A stretch of 61,435 nt of DNA, the filler included, from Nemertoderma westbladi (lineage: Eukaryota; Animalia; Xenacoelomorpha): assembly GCA_032718475.1 (NCBI GenBank). It is 3 parts of 3 records of this genome, joined end to end, with 100 filler letters (N's around TTAATTAATTAA, not from the genome) between each part and the next. Parts side by side here need not be neighbours in the genome. Positions count along the whole stretch, not along the records: positions 1 to 19,245 come from JAUCBJ010000786.1; 2 more parts are not named here. One strand, 5' to 3'. Shown piece by piece: positions 1 to 11,079 of the stretch; positions within the stretch are counted from its first letter, which is position 1; each line of letters starts with the position of its first letter. The notes beneath the pieces were generated by a model that did no database searches, was not told the origin of the DNA, and worked only from the letters and a program-made list of their open reading frames with translations. Position numbers and translations under genes: made by a program.

Positions 1-876
1 GCCCTTTCCTCTTCCACCGACAAGGCTTTATCGTAGGAATTGGGCTCTACCGCCTCTTGCGTAAAGAATCTTACGGCATGTTCATCTCGAGTCTTGGCGT
101 TACAACGCTCAATGACGTCATTTAACTCGTCGTTATAAGCTTCTCGTTCAGTTGGATAAAGAAGTTGACATAAGTTCACTTGGTTTTGCCAAGCCTCGTT
201 TTCCTTAAGGAGATCGATGGTATTCTCCTCATCAAAAAGCTGGTGAATGTCGTCGTTATCTGAGGAGTATGGGGTTCCCTCAGTTAAATCGTCTCCCTCA
301 CTAGTATCATCTTCCCATTCACTCACCTGGTAGACGCGCTCTTGCGGTAGTCTTTCTCTGAGTGTTCTACGGGAAGGGCCAGTAAAGTACCAACCTACTC
401 TAGTTCTTACCGCATAGGTCTGTAGTGGCTGCGGTTGAGCAGGCCGTTTCTCCAATGTCTCCAGCGTCTCATGCGCGTTTTAGCCGATGAGTATTTGCAC
501 TCCAGGATAATCAGTCTGGAATCGAGGTATCTTAAGATGTTGGATGCTCTCATCCTCGTCCCAATTATAAAGGTCTGCTTGAGTAGTAGCGAAGTTCTTT
601 ATAGCCACCATTTTCACCGACCTTATGCTATGTTCTCCTAGTTCGTCTTGTGGGGTGGACAACGCGCCTATATAATAATCAGCTGTTACTGTAGATTTCC
701 AAACTTGCATAATGCCGGACATGTTTAGCTTAGTTCGGAACTTGGGTTGTCCAACGAAGATGTTCTTCGGCTAGTTCTTTATCAATGAATGTTCCTGTGC
801 TGCCGGAGTCCAGGAGGGCGTTCACTATATAGCTCTTCTGAGGTCCATGGACCCGTAACTGGACTACAGGAAATTC
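1..876 (-). pseudogene. pol: BEL/Pao aspartic protease and pol N-terminal region, disrupted
   Basis: Reading in frame past the TGA at 877-879 gives EFPVVQLRVHGPQKSYIVNALLDSGSTGTFI. Downstream are ILIG...AVRTRVGWYFTGP and ALSVEEEK, all Pao-like motifs. Confidence 0.85.
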
Positions 877-3800
877 TCAGATTCCTACATTGGAAGTTGG
901 TGCTTTCCACGATGGTTGTCGCTCAGAAGTAGTTAGAGTGAAGTCGTTGTCTGTATCCTTTTCATATGTGAGTGCTCGATACACTGCGGTATTTATCATG
1001 TAACAGGATTCGTTTTCGTCGGAGAACTCGTCCGTATAGAATCCTTCCATCTCAGATTGATCAGTGTCGTTCACATCACTGAATTGGACATGTAGTTCGG
1101 AATCACTTACCTGATTAGGACTATTTCGATCGAATTCAGCGTGCAACAAGATATGATGCTTCGCACCACACTTTGCACACCTTATGTCTGAGTAACAGGT
1201 TCGCCGTTGATGTCCTTGTCTGAGGCAATTATAACACAACCGCTTGTCCCACATGACTTCATGTCTCTCAGTTAATGATTTCTTTAGAAATTCATCACAC
1301 ATATTCAAGCGATGGGTCCCATCACATAGCGCACATTTTGGTTTGATGTTACTTACCTTACTCTGGGTCACGTTGTGTACACTTGCCTTTTCTTCGGGCT
1401 TTCTTCACCTGAATTCTCTTGGGAGACGTAGGAGGAGTTTTTCTTACCTGTTCTCTCCTGTCATTTGCTCGAGACTTGAATTTACTTACCTGATCTTTAG
1501 GCATTTTATTGACATAATAAGATCTATCAGTGTCTTTCCCGCTATCTTCTCCTTGAGAAGTCTGGCTTTCGCCGTCGTCTGTATAACACACTGGTGTTAC
1601 CTTTCTCCTAGAGACGGGTTTTTCACTTACCTTGTTTTCCGGTGTCTTCTCTCTGGACAGTTTCAGGAGCTGTAATTTCACTTCTCCATCTAGGAATGAC
1701 ATGAGATCAGCCATGGTAGGGTCTCGTCGTTGTTGTTCCATCATATATAACACTTTCTTATCCCAGCGTGTACCTACTCCACCCTTCGGTAAAGTAGAAG
1801 CCACTGCTCTAATAACCATAGCATTCTGATACTCCTGAGACTTACCTAGCCAATCTAATTGTCTACAGATCTCCTGAATCTCATCGGAAAACTCGATAAT
1901 TCCGCTGCTAATAAACTTTCGGGGCGCTACCAACTTTGCATACAAATACCCAGCAATGTTATTCCTATTACCATACCTGATGTTTAGTGTATCCCAAACT
2001 TGTCTTAATCCGTCTGGATGTCCAATAAACTTTAACGCCATTAACTTGGGAGATCCTTCCAAGCACTCGATGAGGTATCTAAGTTTTTCTCCATTAGATA
2101 GTACAGAGTTCTGTATGTTATCTTTGTAATATTCATTAAAAGGTAACCATTTCATCTCATCTCCATTGAACTTGACGATCTCTCCCACCTTTACCGCTTG
2201 CCGGGCTTCGGTTCTAGCCATTTGACGCGTAAAACTTTCTTGGGCCATCGTGTTATTTAATATCGAGTTATCGGTATATAAATTTCTCGGATTATGATCA
2301 GTTCTATAGGGAATGTCATTATCAACAGGTCTATAATTACCCTTAATAGGGTTCACTATAGGAGTTTCTACTTCGCTAGCAGTATATATGCGTGTAGGCT
2401 CCACACCTTGCGCATGAGATACTTCAGACTTAACAGGTTGACACATTGTTACAGGGGGTGGTGGTATACCCCTTTGTGTATTTACTAATTTATCGCGTTC
2501 TAGCGCGATACTTTGCTGCACTTCTTGCAACTCAAGCCTACTTTCCCTTACTGTGCCCTTGAATTGCTGAACTGTCTCCTGCATCTGCCCGAGCAGGAGA
2601 TCCATCCCCCGCCGTCTCTCGTCCACCCATTCGACCGCCGAAGCGGGAGTCGCCAATGTTGTAGCGAGCGGACGAGGGACAACGGGCGACAAATCAGGAA
2701 TATTTCGCTCGGGGTCCAGGACCTGAACTGTCTCCTGGGCAGTTCTACGGGGCACAGGTAGCTTAGTGCTATGCAGAGGGAATTTAGAGGTAGTTTCAGG
2801 GAGCACAGGTGTGTCTATCACCGAAGGGGTGATTTCAAGAACAGGCCTAATTATTTCAGGCTCATCTACTATAGTAGGGAGTCTTTCTATTTTAATTATT
2901 TGGTCTGTGGGCTCTGTACTACCTAAGTTGGTGTTATTTAGTTGCCTTCTAACAGCTGGAGGCAAATCAGGCAATTTCTGACGGTGGAATGTTCTTTTAC
3001 GTCTGCTTAGACGAGATCTATTTCCTTTGCCTTCAGTATCGGTGGTATCGCCTTCCTCAGATGATGTATATCCCTGTCTTTTGGGAGTAGATCGATTCAT
3101 CATCTGCATATTACTAGCTGTTAACTGTTTATTTATGCAGTCTTGATTCTCCTGAATGTTTTCCGATTCTAATTGGGTGGTTTCTTCAGCCGCTCTCCGT
3201 TCTGCTTCTGCCACTGCCTCAGCCGCTTTTCTTTCCGCTTCGGCCGCTGCCTTTGCTGCTGCTACTGCCGCTTTTGCCTCTGCCGCTGCCACTTTTGCCT
3301 CTGCCGCTGGCTCTGCCGCTGCCGCTTTTCTTTCTGCTTCTGCAGCTGCCACTGCTGCTGCTACTGCCGCTGCCTTTCAGTCTTCTATACGTTTTTTCTT
3401 TACTTGTTCTTCTTGGACTCTGGTGATGCGGAGTTGTTCATCAAATTTAGCCTGGTTCGCAGCCCTCATTTCCACATCGATGGCATCCAACACAAGCTTG
3501 GTTCCTTCACTATTAGGGCTAAGTCCCTCTAACCTTCTCCTCAACTCGTCATCACCTAAAAAACGTTGATAGTCTGACAGATAGATGTCAATGGCATCCC
3601 TCTTATGCGGTTTCTCTGCCGTCGCTTCACTTTCCACTTGGGAAAAAGTAGCGTCTGTTGATTCTCCATGGGTTGAGCGCTCCTCTAGCTGAGCTTTCCA
3701 CTGAGCTGTTCCTTGAACCTGGAGACTCACCCTTTGAAACCAAGTCTTTACGGCAACTTGCAACGACGTGTCTTGCCTTCGTTTAGAAGCCTCCTCAAAG

Positions 3801-4549
3801 GCCGATAATATTAGCCTGATTCGTAGAATTCTTTCTCTAACTTGATAAAGCAGTTGTCCCTGCTCTTGAGGTCCTTGTGGTTGTTGAAACAGTTGTCCTT
3901 TTACTCGCTCCATAGAGCTGAAGAATCCCTGTGCGTATCCGGCTGCGGACCTCTTCCACACAGCGGGATCTATGGTTTCTTTGGCTACTCCCATCCGATG
4001 TATGTCTTCCCAGGCAGCTTCTGATAAATCAAACGGGAGTCCGGGTCCGGGGAAGTTCCATTGCGACTCGACAATAGACTTCAGTTCTTCCCTCGTGTAT
4101 CCCGCATAACTATCTCTAGTTGATTGCTGACTTCTCGCCCAATCGATCTGGTGTTCTTCCACCGCAATCAATAACCTAGTGAGTACGGCTGCAGGAAGGA
4201 TGAGAAGGGGATCCGAATAAACCGCATCCATCATCTTTGCTCCACGTTCTGGTGTCAGTTCTACAGTATCCTCACTACTGGAGCTGTTGGGCCGTTGAGA
4301 AGTAAGTTCTTGGCTCGCGGGTTGTTGCTGTTCTGCTGCTTCTTGGTCCCGCTTGACCTGAGCTCGAGTGCCTATGATAGACCTACGATGTTGGACCAGC
4401 CTAGGTTCTGTTATTACTACAGGAGGGATGACCTTCCTCACAGTGGGAGGTGAACTGAACTTACGACTAGACGGTTCTACGCCTCTATCTGAGTCGCAGA
4501 TAGTTACATCTAATAAACTGTCTGACAGGTTCTGCTTAGTATCAGACAT
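877..4549 (-). pseudogene. gag: BEL/Pao gag, split by one nonsense codon and one frameshift
   Basis: ORFs 3377-4549 and 1358-3352 are in frame across a TGA where the sister copy reads Arg (RIEDRK). Capsid motif KFNGDEMKWLPF...LSNGEKLRYL. ORF 877-1371 carries CALCDGTHRLNMC, CYNCLRQGHQRRTC and CAKCGAKHHILLH. Confidence 0.9.
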
Positions 4550-4830
4550 GTTTATGTGTACAGTTGAATGTCTACTGCTGTATTACAGTCTGAGCAAGTC
4601 TAGTAACTCAGTATTAACTGCTAGCCTAGTAATTAATTACCGGTACTGCTACTCAGGGCAGCGTGATATATATAATATATTAGAATACCGGTATGCTTAT
4701 AGTATATATAACTATATAAGTATTATTACAGACTAGGTTTATCACAGAATACCGGTATAATTTTAGCACAAATATATATAAATATATAATAGGCCTATCG
4801 GGAATACCAGTATACAGCTTACAGTTTGTA

Positions 4831-5470
4831 TGATGGTATGCTTGAGCATGTGGACGACTTCTGTTACCTGGGATCATGGATCCGGAAGTCAGGTGCGGAC
4901 CTTCGAACATGTAAGGGAAAGGCATGGGCAGCCTTGAATAGGCTTTCCAGGATTTGGAAGTCACCGAGAATTAATCGGAAACTTAAGGTCCGATTATTTA
5001 GAGCAGCAGTAGTTCCAGTACTCCTCTATGGGAGTCCATGCTGGGCTCTAACTGCTGAGGACACCAAATCTCTGGATGGCACATTCACAAGAATGCTACG
5101 CCGGGTTCATTGTGTCAAGTACAATGCACACATCTCCAACCAGACACTATATAACATTGGAGGTGTCTCATTGGTTCCCCCAAGCTTGACACTAGAACAA
5201 AATCGCCTCCGCTTTGCAGGACATTGCTTTCGCCGTGAGGACCAGCCAGTGCATAATCTTGTACTTTGGCAGCCTCATGGAGTGAATAAGCATGGTGGAC
5301 AGCCCATGACTTTCTTGAGACGCATCTTAAAGGACACTGGCCTTAAAGATGCGGATGATCTAGCAAATGTCATGGGTGATAGGGAGTTATGGCGGTGCAA
5401 TTTTGTTGACAAGCCGGCACAGCATTCTTAAAAATGCAGCTGCAATGCAGCATGCCGATCCTAGTAGTAG
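4831..5470 (+). mobile_element. 5'-truncated RTE-type LINE inserted in the BEL leader
   Basis: Post-RT motifs FCYLGSWI, VLLYGSPCW, RLRFAGH and DRELWR, plus a (TAG)n tail. The 11-bp TSD TACAGTTTGTA lies at 4820-4830 and 5471-5481. The empty site is visible in the sister copy near 45840. Confidence 0.92.
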
Positions 5471-6519
5471 TACAGTTTGTAGTATATATAAGTATAATCC
5501 TGGACTAGAATTAATTATAAAGTACCGGTATAATTTCAGCCTAAATTTATAGAAATAAAGATAATAGGCCTATCGTAAATACCGGTATATCAATTATTTT
5601 AAATAATTGAATTTCTGAATTTTAGGGTTACTTGGTTACTTTACTTACTTTATTACCGTTATTTGAGCAGTAGTCCAACTGATATTGAGACCTAATGGTT
5701 GTATGGTAGGCCTACTATTTATAAATCGTTAGATTTGATTTATAATATATATATACCCGTTTTAATGGGTTTTGTCAATGTTTGAAATAAATGTTATTAT
5801 TTCTGGGGGGTAATCACTACACAAAGCGGTGCGCTTTCAGTGAAGTGTTACTTATAGGACACTAAAACAAATAATGCTAATTTACCTAAGTTACTTAATA
5901 CTACAGATTACGTACAATTCGGGTGAGATTACAATCTCTAAATAAATACAAAAATTTACAAAAACACAAAATACGAAATTTCAGGGTAATTTTACAAGAA
6001 GTCTACAAACCAGCCTAACAAAGGGTTAGAAATCTGGTTATTACAACGGACAGGGTACTGCGGTATTTGAAAATAATACGTAGTAGTAAATACACTGCGT
6101 TGTCCAGATAGGAAAATACCACCGCCTGACGACCTATAGCCGTATCGCTATAGGTACTACGTTATGTATCACGGAGTGTTCCTACCTAGAAGTTAATAGA
6201 GCTAATCGAAAGTGCCTATCAACCACTTTACAACACAAATATAATGCCTACACTAATTACTCTCGGAAAGCACTGTACACTAAACCCTAAATTAGGTACG
6301 AGTACTTGTACAACATATAATCAGTAGTTAAATATACTTGAACAGTTAAAAGAACCACGGCATCTGCTGGAGTGACCGGTGCACAAAATCACCAGTCTTT
6401 ACCTACGCCAAGCAGCCTGTGTAGTACCGGGGTTAATTTAACTATAGCGGTATGTATAACAAACACAATTATTGTAGGAACAAACTTGGGGAATGAATGT
6501 TGCGAATAATCGCATAAAC

Positions 6520-7100
6520 TCTGAATAATAAATATTACGCTACGCGTACAAACCACTCAAACAAAATGCAGACCAAACACTGACAGACTACTATCAAGCC
6601 TAAATAAACTACAGGACATGCAGACTCCGAAATGATTAGGTAGTATGCGTTCTAACCCAGTAGTACGACTTATTCTTTAGTTGGGGGTTTACCTTACAGC
6701 ATTGGCTGCCCCTACTTCCTAACCGTTCTTTATCGGACAGGGGCTCTACACGCACTGCAATCCGTTCAGACCTAATAACAGCCAGACAACTATCCAGCCT
6801 ACAAATTATCTAAATAAATATTAAACGCTACCCGTACAGACTTACACAAACAAAGTACAGACTAAACGATGGCAGACTACTCTCAAGCCTAAATAAACTA
6901 CAGGACATGCAGACTCCGAAATGATTAGGTAGTATGCGTTCTAACCCAGTAGTACGACTTATTCTTTAGTTGGGGGTTTACCTTACAGCATTGGCTGCCC
7001 CTACTTCCTAACCGTTCTTTATCGGACAGGTGATCTACACACACTGCAATCCGTTCAGACTTAACAGCAATCAGACAACAGCTCAGCCTACAAATTGTCT
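6520..7100. repeat. Two tandem ~289-bp units in the BEL leader
   Basis: TAAATAAACTACAGGACATGCAGACTCCGAAATG recurs at 6601 and 6890. Confidence 0.9.
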
Positions 7101-8081
7101 GTACAATCTGATCAGGCTTACACGCCTTCTGTTCAATACTGGCCTACAAACAAATAAAACTTGACAGAAATAAGTAAATCTCAATAAAAAACCAGGGCGG
7201 CCGTTCCCTGATTAAGTACTAAGACCTACCGTTATATAATTATCAAATTCGAATAATACTAATGTACTTATACTGGAAGTACCGGTTAGGACAGTTGGGC
7301 CTACGGACCTACAGAAGTACCAGTTCTGGCAGTTGGACCTACGGACCTACGGCAGTACCGGTTCTGGCAGTTGGGCCTACTGACCTACAGATGTACCGTT
7401 CAGGTTTACCGGTTGACCGGTACTTTCAACTTTATTGCTTACTGCAATAAAGAAGCGATATCCGTTATTGTTCTTACCAGAACAATATTAAACTGTATTT
7501 AATGCCTACACTGCAATACAGACTAAATATCCGTTATTGTTCGCGCTTTCAGACCTTTGGCAGTTTAACCCGCCAAATTAGGATGTCTTCTAGATAATAA
7601 TTCTCTTTTAGCCTATGACAAGTATTTGATTAACTACACTAGTCGAAACCAATCTGTGCGCGATCATTCACCCGCTGGATATACCCGGGAGATTGGGTTC
7701 GACGGCTTAATCTTATTGCTATGTAAGCCTAATGTATTATTCGACTGACAGTATTATATAATCTCTGACAATATTATTCACCTTCGGGAAATATTAACAG
7801 TTCCTTTAGGACGTGGCGCTCTATCTATATAAACAGAGTTATGACTTAAACTACTCACAACGATATGGCTTAGTTATAATTCACATATATGGCGCATTCT
7901 TTAGGAAATGCTTCGTTATCAGACTCACTCATACACAATGCTGCACAATACTGCACACTAATCTGCCGATCTTCACTGATTTTAGTCACATATAAAAGGA
8001 ACACAGACCGAATCATGTAGGGTCTATCAAATAACATTAGATTCACTTCAAACCACTTTAACATAAGTCACAATCGTTATA

Positions 8082-8723
8082 TGTAACCTTTCTCTCTTAC
8101 CTTCGGTATATCAAGAATATTGGGGTTTCGGGGTTATTTATCGTTATTCCAAATATAATAATTCATCAACCATATTATGAAGAACCGACAGTAAATAGCA
8201 GTATAACAATATAAAAGTCCAGTGTGAATGGTACATGCAGTAGAGTTCATCAGTGATCAGACATCAGTTTGTTTGATAACGGATATATGTCCTTATAATT
8301 AAGCCTACTAGTGTTAGACTAAAACAGAAAAGCACAAAATATTTCCAAGCCGCTCTCTCCTGGCTCAGGACAGAAAGACCAACAACACTGAAAACTGATA
8401 AGAATAACCTTATTTACAAAGGCTTCCACCCACCACAGAGAAAGAGCATACAGATAGGAAAATTCAGTTCAGTAGATCTGTGATAGGTCGAAATCAAAAT
8501 CAACTCAAATCCTATTGGCAGATACAGAAAGCAGGGCTGTGGGGCAACTTTCCCAAGCTGGTTGGACAATCAAACGTAGCCCAGATCCCTTCGCACAGCA
8601 AATCAGCCAATCAGCCGGTAGCTTGCGCTATTCGAGTTATAGATCCCTTTTTAGAGTATTCCAGCGCCTGGGGGAACTGGTTAGCAAGGCAAACGAATCA
8701 GTTATCCCACAAAAGCTTTTACA
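8082..8723 (-). repeat. 5' LTR of subfamily A
   Basis: Minus-strand termini TGTA...TACA. Ends are similar to the LTRs at 9238-9811, 42009-42628 and 48603-49222. The inner boundary is uncertain by about 25 bp. Confidence 0.7.
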
Positions 8724-8870
8724 GTCCTTTAAGATGCGTCTCAAGAAAGTCATGGGCTGTCCACCATGCTTATTCACTCCATGAGGCTGCTAAAGTACAA
8801 GATTATGCACTGGCTGGTCCTCACGGCGAAAGCAATTGACACAATGACACAATGTGAACAACTTGACACA

Positions 8871-9240
8871 ACTTGACACAATGCACCCGGCGTAGCATTC
8901 TTGTGAATGTGCCATCCAGAGATTTGGTGTCCTCAGCAGTTAGAGCCCAGCATGGACTCCCGTAGAGGAGTACTGGAACTACTGCTGCTCTAAATAATCG
9001 GACCTTAAGTTTCCGATTAATTCTCGGTGACTTCCAAATCCTGGAAAGCCTATTCAAGGCTGTCCATGCCTTTCCCTTACGTATTCGAAGGTCCTCACCT
9101 GACTTCCGGATCCATGATCCCAGGTAACAGAAGAAGTCCACATGCTCAAGCATACCATCCTTTGAGCTTATGCTCATCCGATCAGAGACTTGCTGAGGAC
9201 TTTCAAAGTTAACTGTCAGATTTTTGGTCTTTCTGGAGTA
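8871..9240 (-). mobile_element. Internal fragment of the same RTE family, truncated at both ends
   Basis: ORF 8821-9177 is near-identical to 19421-20038 up to RRVHCVK. No tail is present. Confidence 0.9.
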
Positions 9241-9811
9241 AGTTCTTATCCGCTTACCTCAGTAATCAAGAAAGTTGACGGGTTTACGATTATTTATCGG
9301 TATTCTCCAAATATAACATCCATTTATATAAACAGCAATTAACACAATATAAAACAGCATTAAAACAGTGCGGTGAACAGTCAGTATGTGTTCAGTCATA
9401 TGATATAACTGGAAAGTTAAGTTTGTTTGGTCGAATTGAGATGAGTTGCGTCCAGTTTGTTAATAGATTTACGTCCTTATAACTCCAGCCATCAGATGTT
9501 CTTGGGCTAAAGTCTGAAACGTCCGTACTTAGTACAGAATTCTGAGAGGAATCTAATTCTCAGAAAAACGATAACTGCGCATGCGCTAGTTTCCTCAGGT
9601 AGGTCTCTACTGGCATAACTGGGAAGATTGCTCTGATTGGCTGAATAAGCTCAAACAAAGGAATCTCCACGTACACAAAGAATCAGCTGACAGATTCCGT
9701 CATCTTGGTTCTAATTTCTGTCCGACGCGTAGTTGAACACTTAAAGGGCTATTTTAGAGTATTCTGCGCATTGCGTAAAAATGACTTGTTATGTCCGCAA
9801 AAGCTTTTACA
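9238..9811 (-). repeat. Divergent LTR of the same BEL lineage (solo-like)
   Basis: Starts TGTAAAAGCTTTT on the minus strand. Its other end resembles those of the LTRs at 8082 and 48603. Confidence 0.7.
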
Positions 9812-10744
9812 ATCAGGCAAGTACGGTGTTAGTAACTATGCCCGTAATCAGCACCTGATACCAGACTCTGATTGTGAAATAGAGATACTGTAGTTGCTAC
9901 CATACCGCTAGCTGATCTGGTATGTAATTTAATTCTAGCGATTTTGTTGCCGTGGTCTTATGCAGCAATACCTAGCAGTACGTGGTAAGGGCGCGGTAGG
10001 GTGTTAGTAACCGCCTTTAGCCTAAATGTTGTGCCGGTAGCAGAAAGCTGCCCTTTGCCTGAGTAAATACGTCAAACCCAGACAGATCAGTTGACAGCAA
10101 CTACCTACAGAGCTAACCGGTACTGATAGCTAGTACGGTAAAGTCACCAAATTATGGAGTGTGCTGTTTGCACTTAGTGTACCTGAGCGCACTAAACAGC
10201 ACCAGCTCGCACCTGTAAATCGTGCAGGTCAACCGAGGGATTTCTGTCTGGATCCAAGATATTTTGCTCCTAAATTTTCTGGCGTCCCAGGACGTCCTCA
10301 CACTTCACCCTGCTCTACGGTCTTACAGCGGCCAAAGGCGTCGAACGAAGTCTTACCTCTGGCATGGGCTATCTCAGGCTGTTGAATCATGGTCTAACTG
10401 TGCGTGGGCGATTAGTGCGGGTCCCTTATGCGTTGGCAGGCATTCCCCCCCCCCCCCCCCCCCCCCCTTGTGTTGCTGTCGCCTAAGGATTTAGGCAGAC
10501 ATCTGTTTAATCTTTGGCCGTCATCAAGATAGATACATTAAAACTACATCCTAGAGTTTTTAGTAAATAAACGATTTTAAACGTAAAATAATGAATACAA
10601 AACTAACATTTAAACTAACAAGTTTTTAACAAGTAAGTATTACGTTTTACAACTAATAAGTTTAAACTAATAAGTATTAAGGGTTACAACTAAACAAGTG
10701 TAGTAGATAACTAAAGGACAAACGGCACCCTTTATAGTACATAC

Positions 10745-11079
10745 ACTTTTCGCCCTTGCTCTACATTATTTTTGTCGATGGTATCAGTTTGGCGCTGAAA
10801 GACAGTGGTATAGGCTGTATGATGATGGTGTCAGAGTTAATAACCTATTATGCCGATGACCTCTGCATTCTGTCAAACTCAATAATTGGGCTTCAGAAAC
10901 TTGTAAATATTGCTGTACGTTTTGCTGATGATAGTTCTATTGTCTTTAATTAAAAAAAACTAAGTTTATATTTTGCATCAAAGCATTACAATCTCACTAC
11001 TTTTGCACATGTCTGTTTATATGGTAGGCCTAAGCCTATTGAGATTGTTGACTCTTTTATGTACTTGGGACACATACTT
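10745..11079 (+). mobile_element. Host LINE RT fragment, left part (Proto2/RTEX-like, clade tentative)
   Basis: SPLLYIIFVD, YADDLCIL and FMYLGHI motifs, with frameshifts. Confidence 0.8.

Larger units (their letters stand above)
1..8723 (-). mobile_element. BEL/Pao LTR retrotransposon, subfamily A (5' LTR, long leader, gag, protease; continues off the left edge)
   Basis: Minus-strand order is LTR starting TGTAAAAGCTTTT (8723), leader, gag with a DUF1759-like capsid region and three Pao-type zinc knuckles, then protease ALLDSGS. Several stops and frameshifts are present. Confidence 0.9.

Noticed and set aside
3156-3569. Ala/Ser-rich and Cys-rich plus-strand ORFs
   Set aside because: Antisense shadows of the gag coiled-coil repeat.
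8240-8260. Hammerhead ribozyme core (CTGATGA on minus) in the LTR
   Set aside because: No matching GAAA core or stems, and it is not conserved in sister LTRs.
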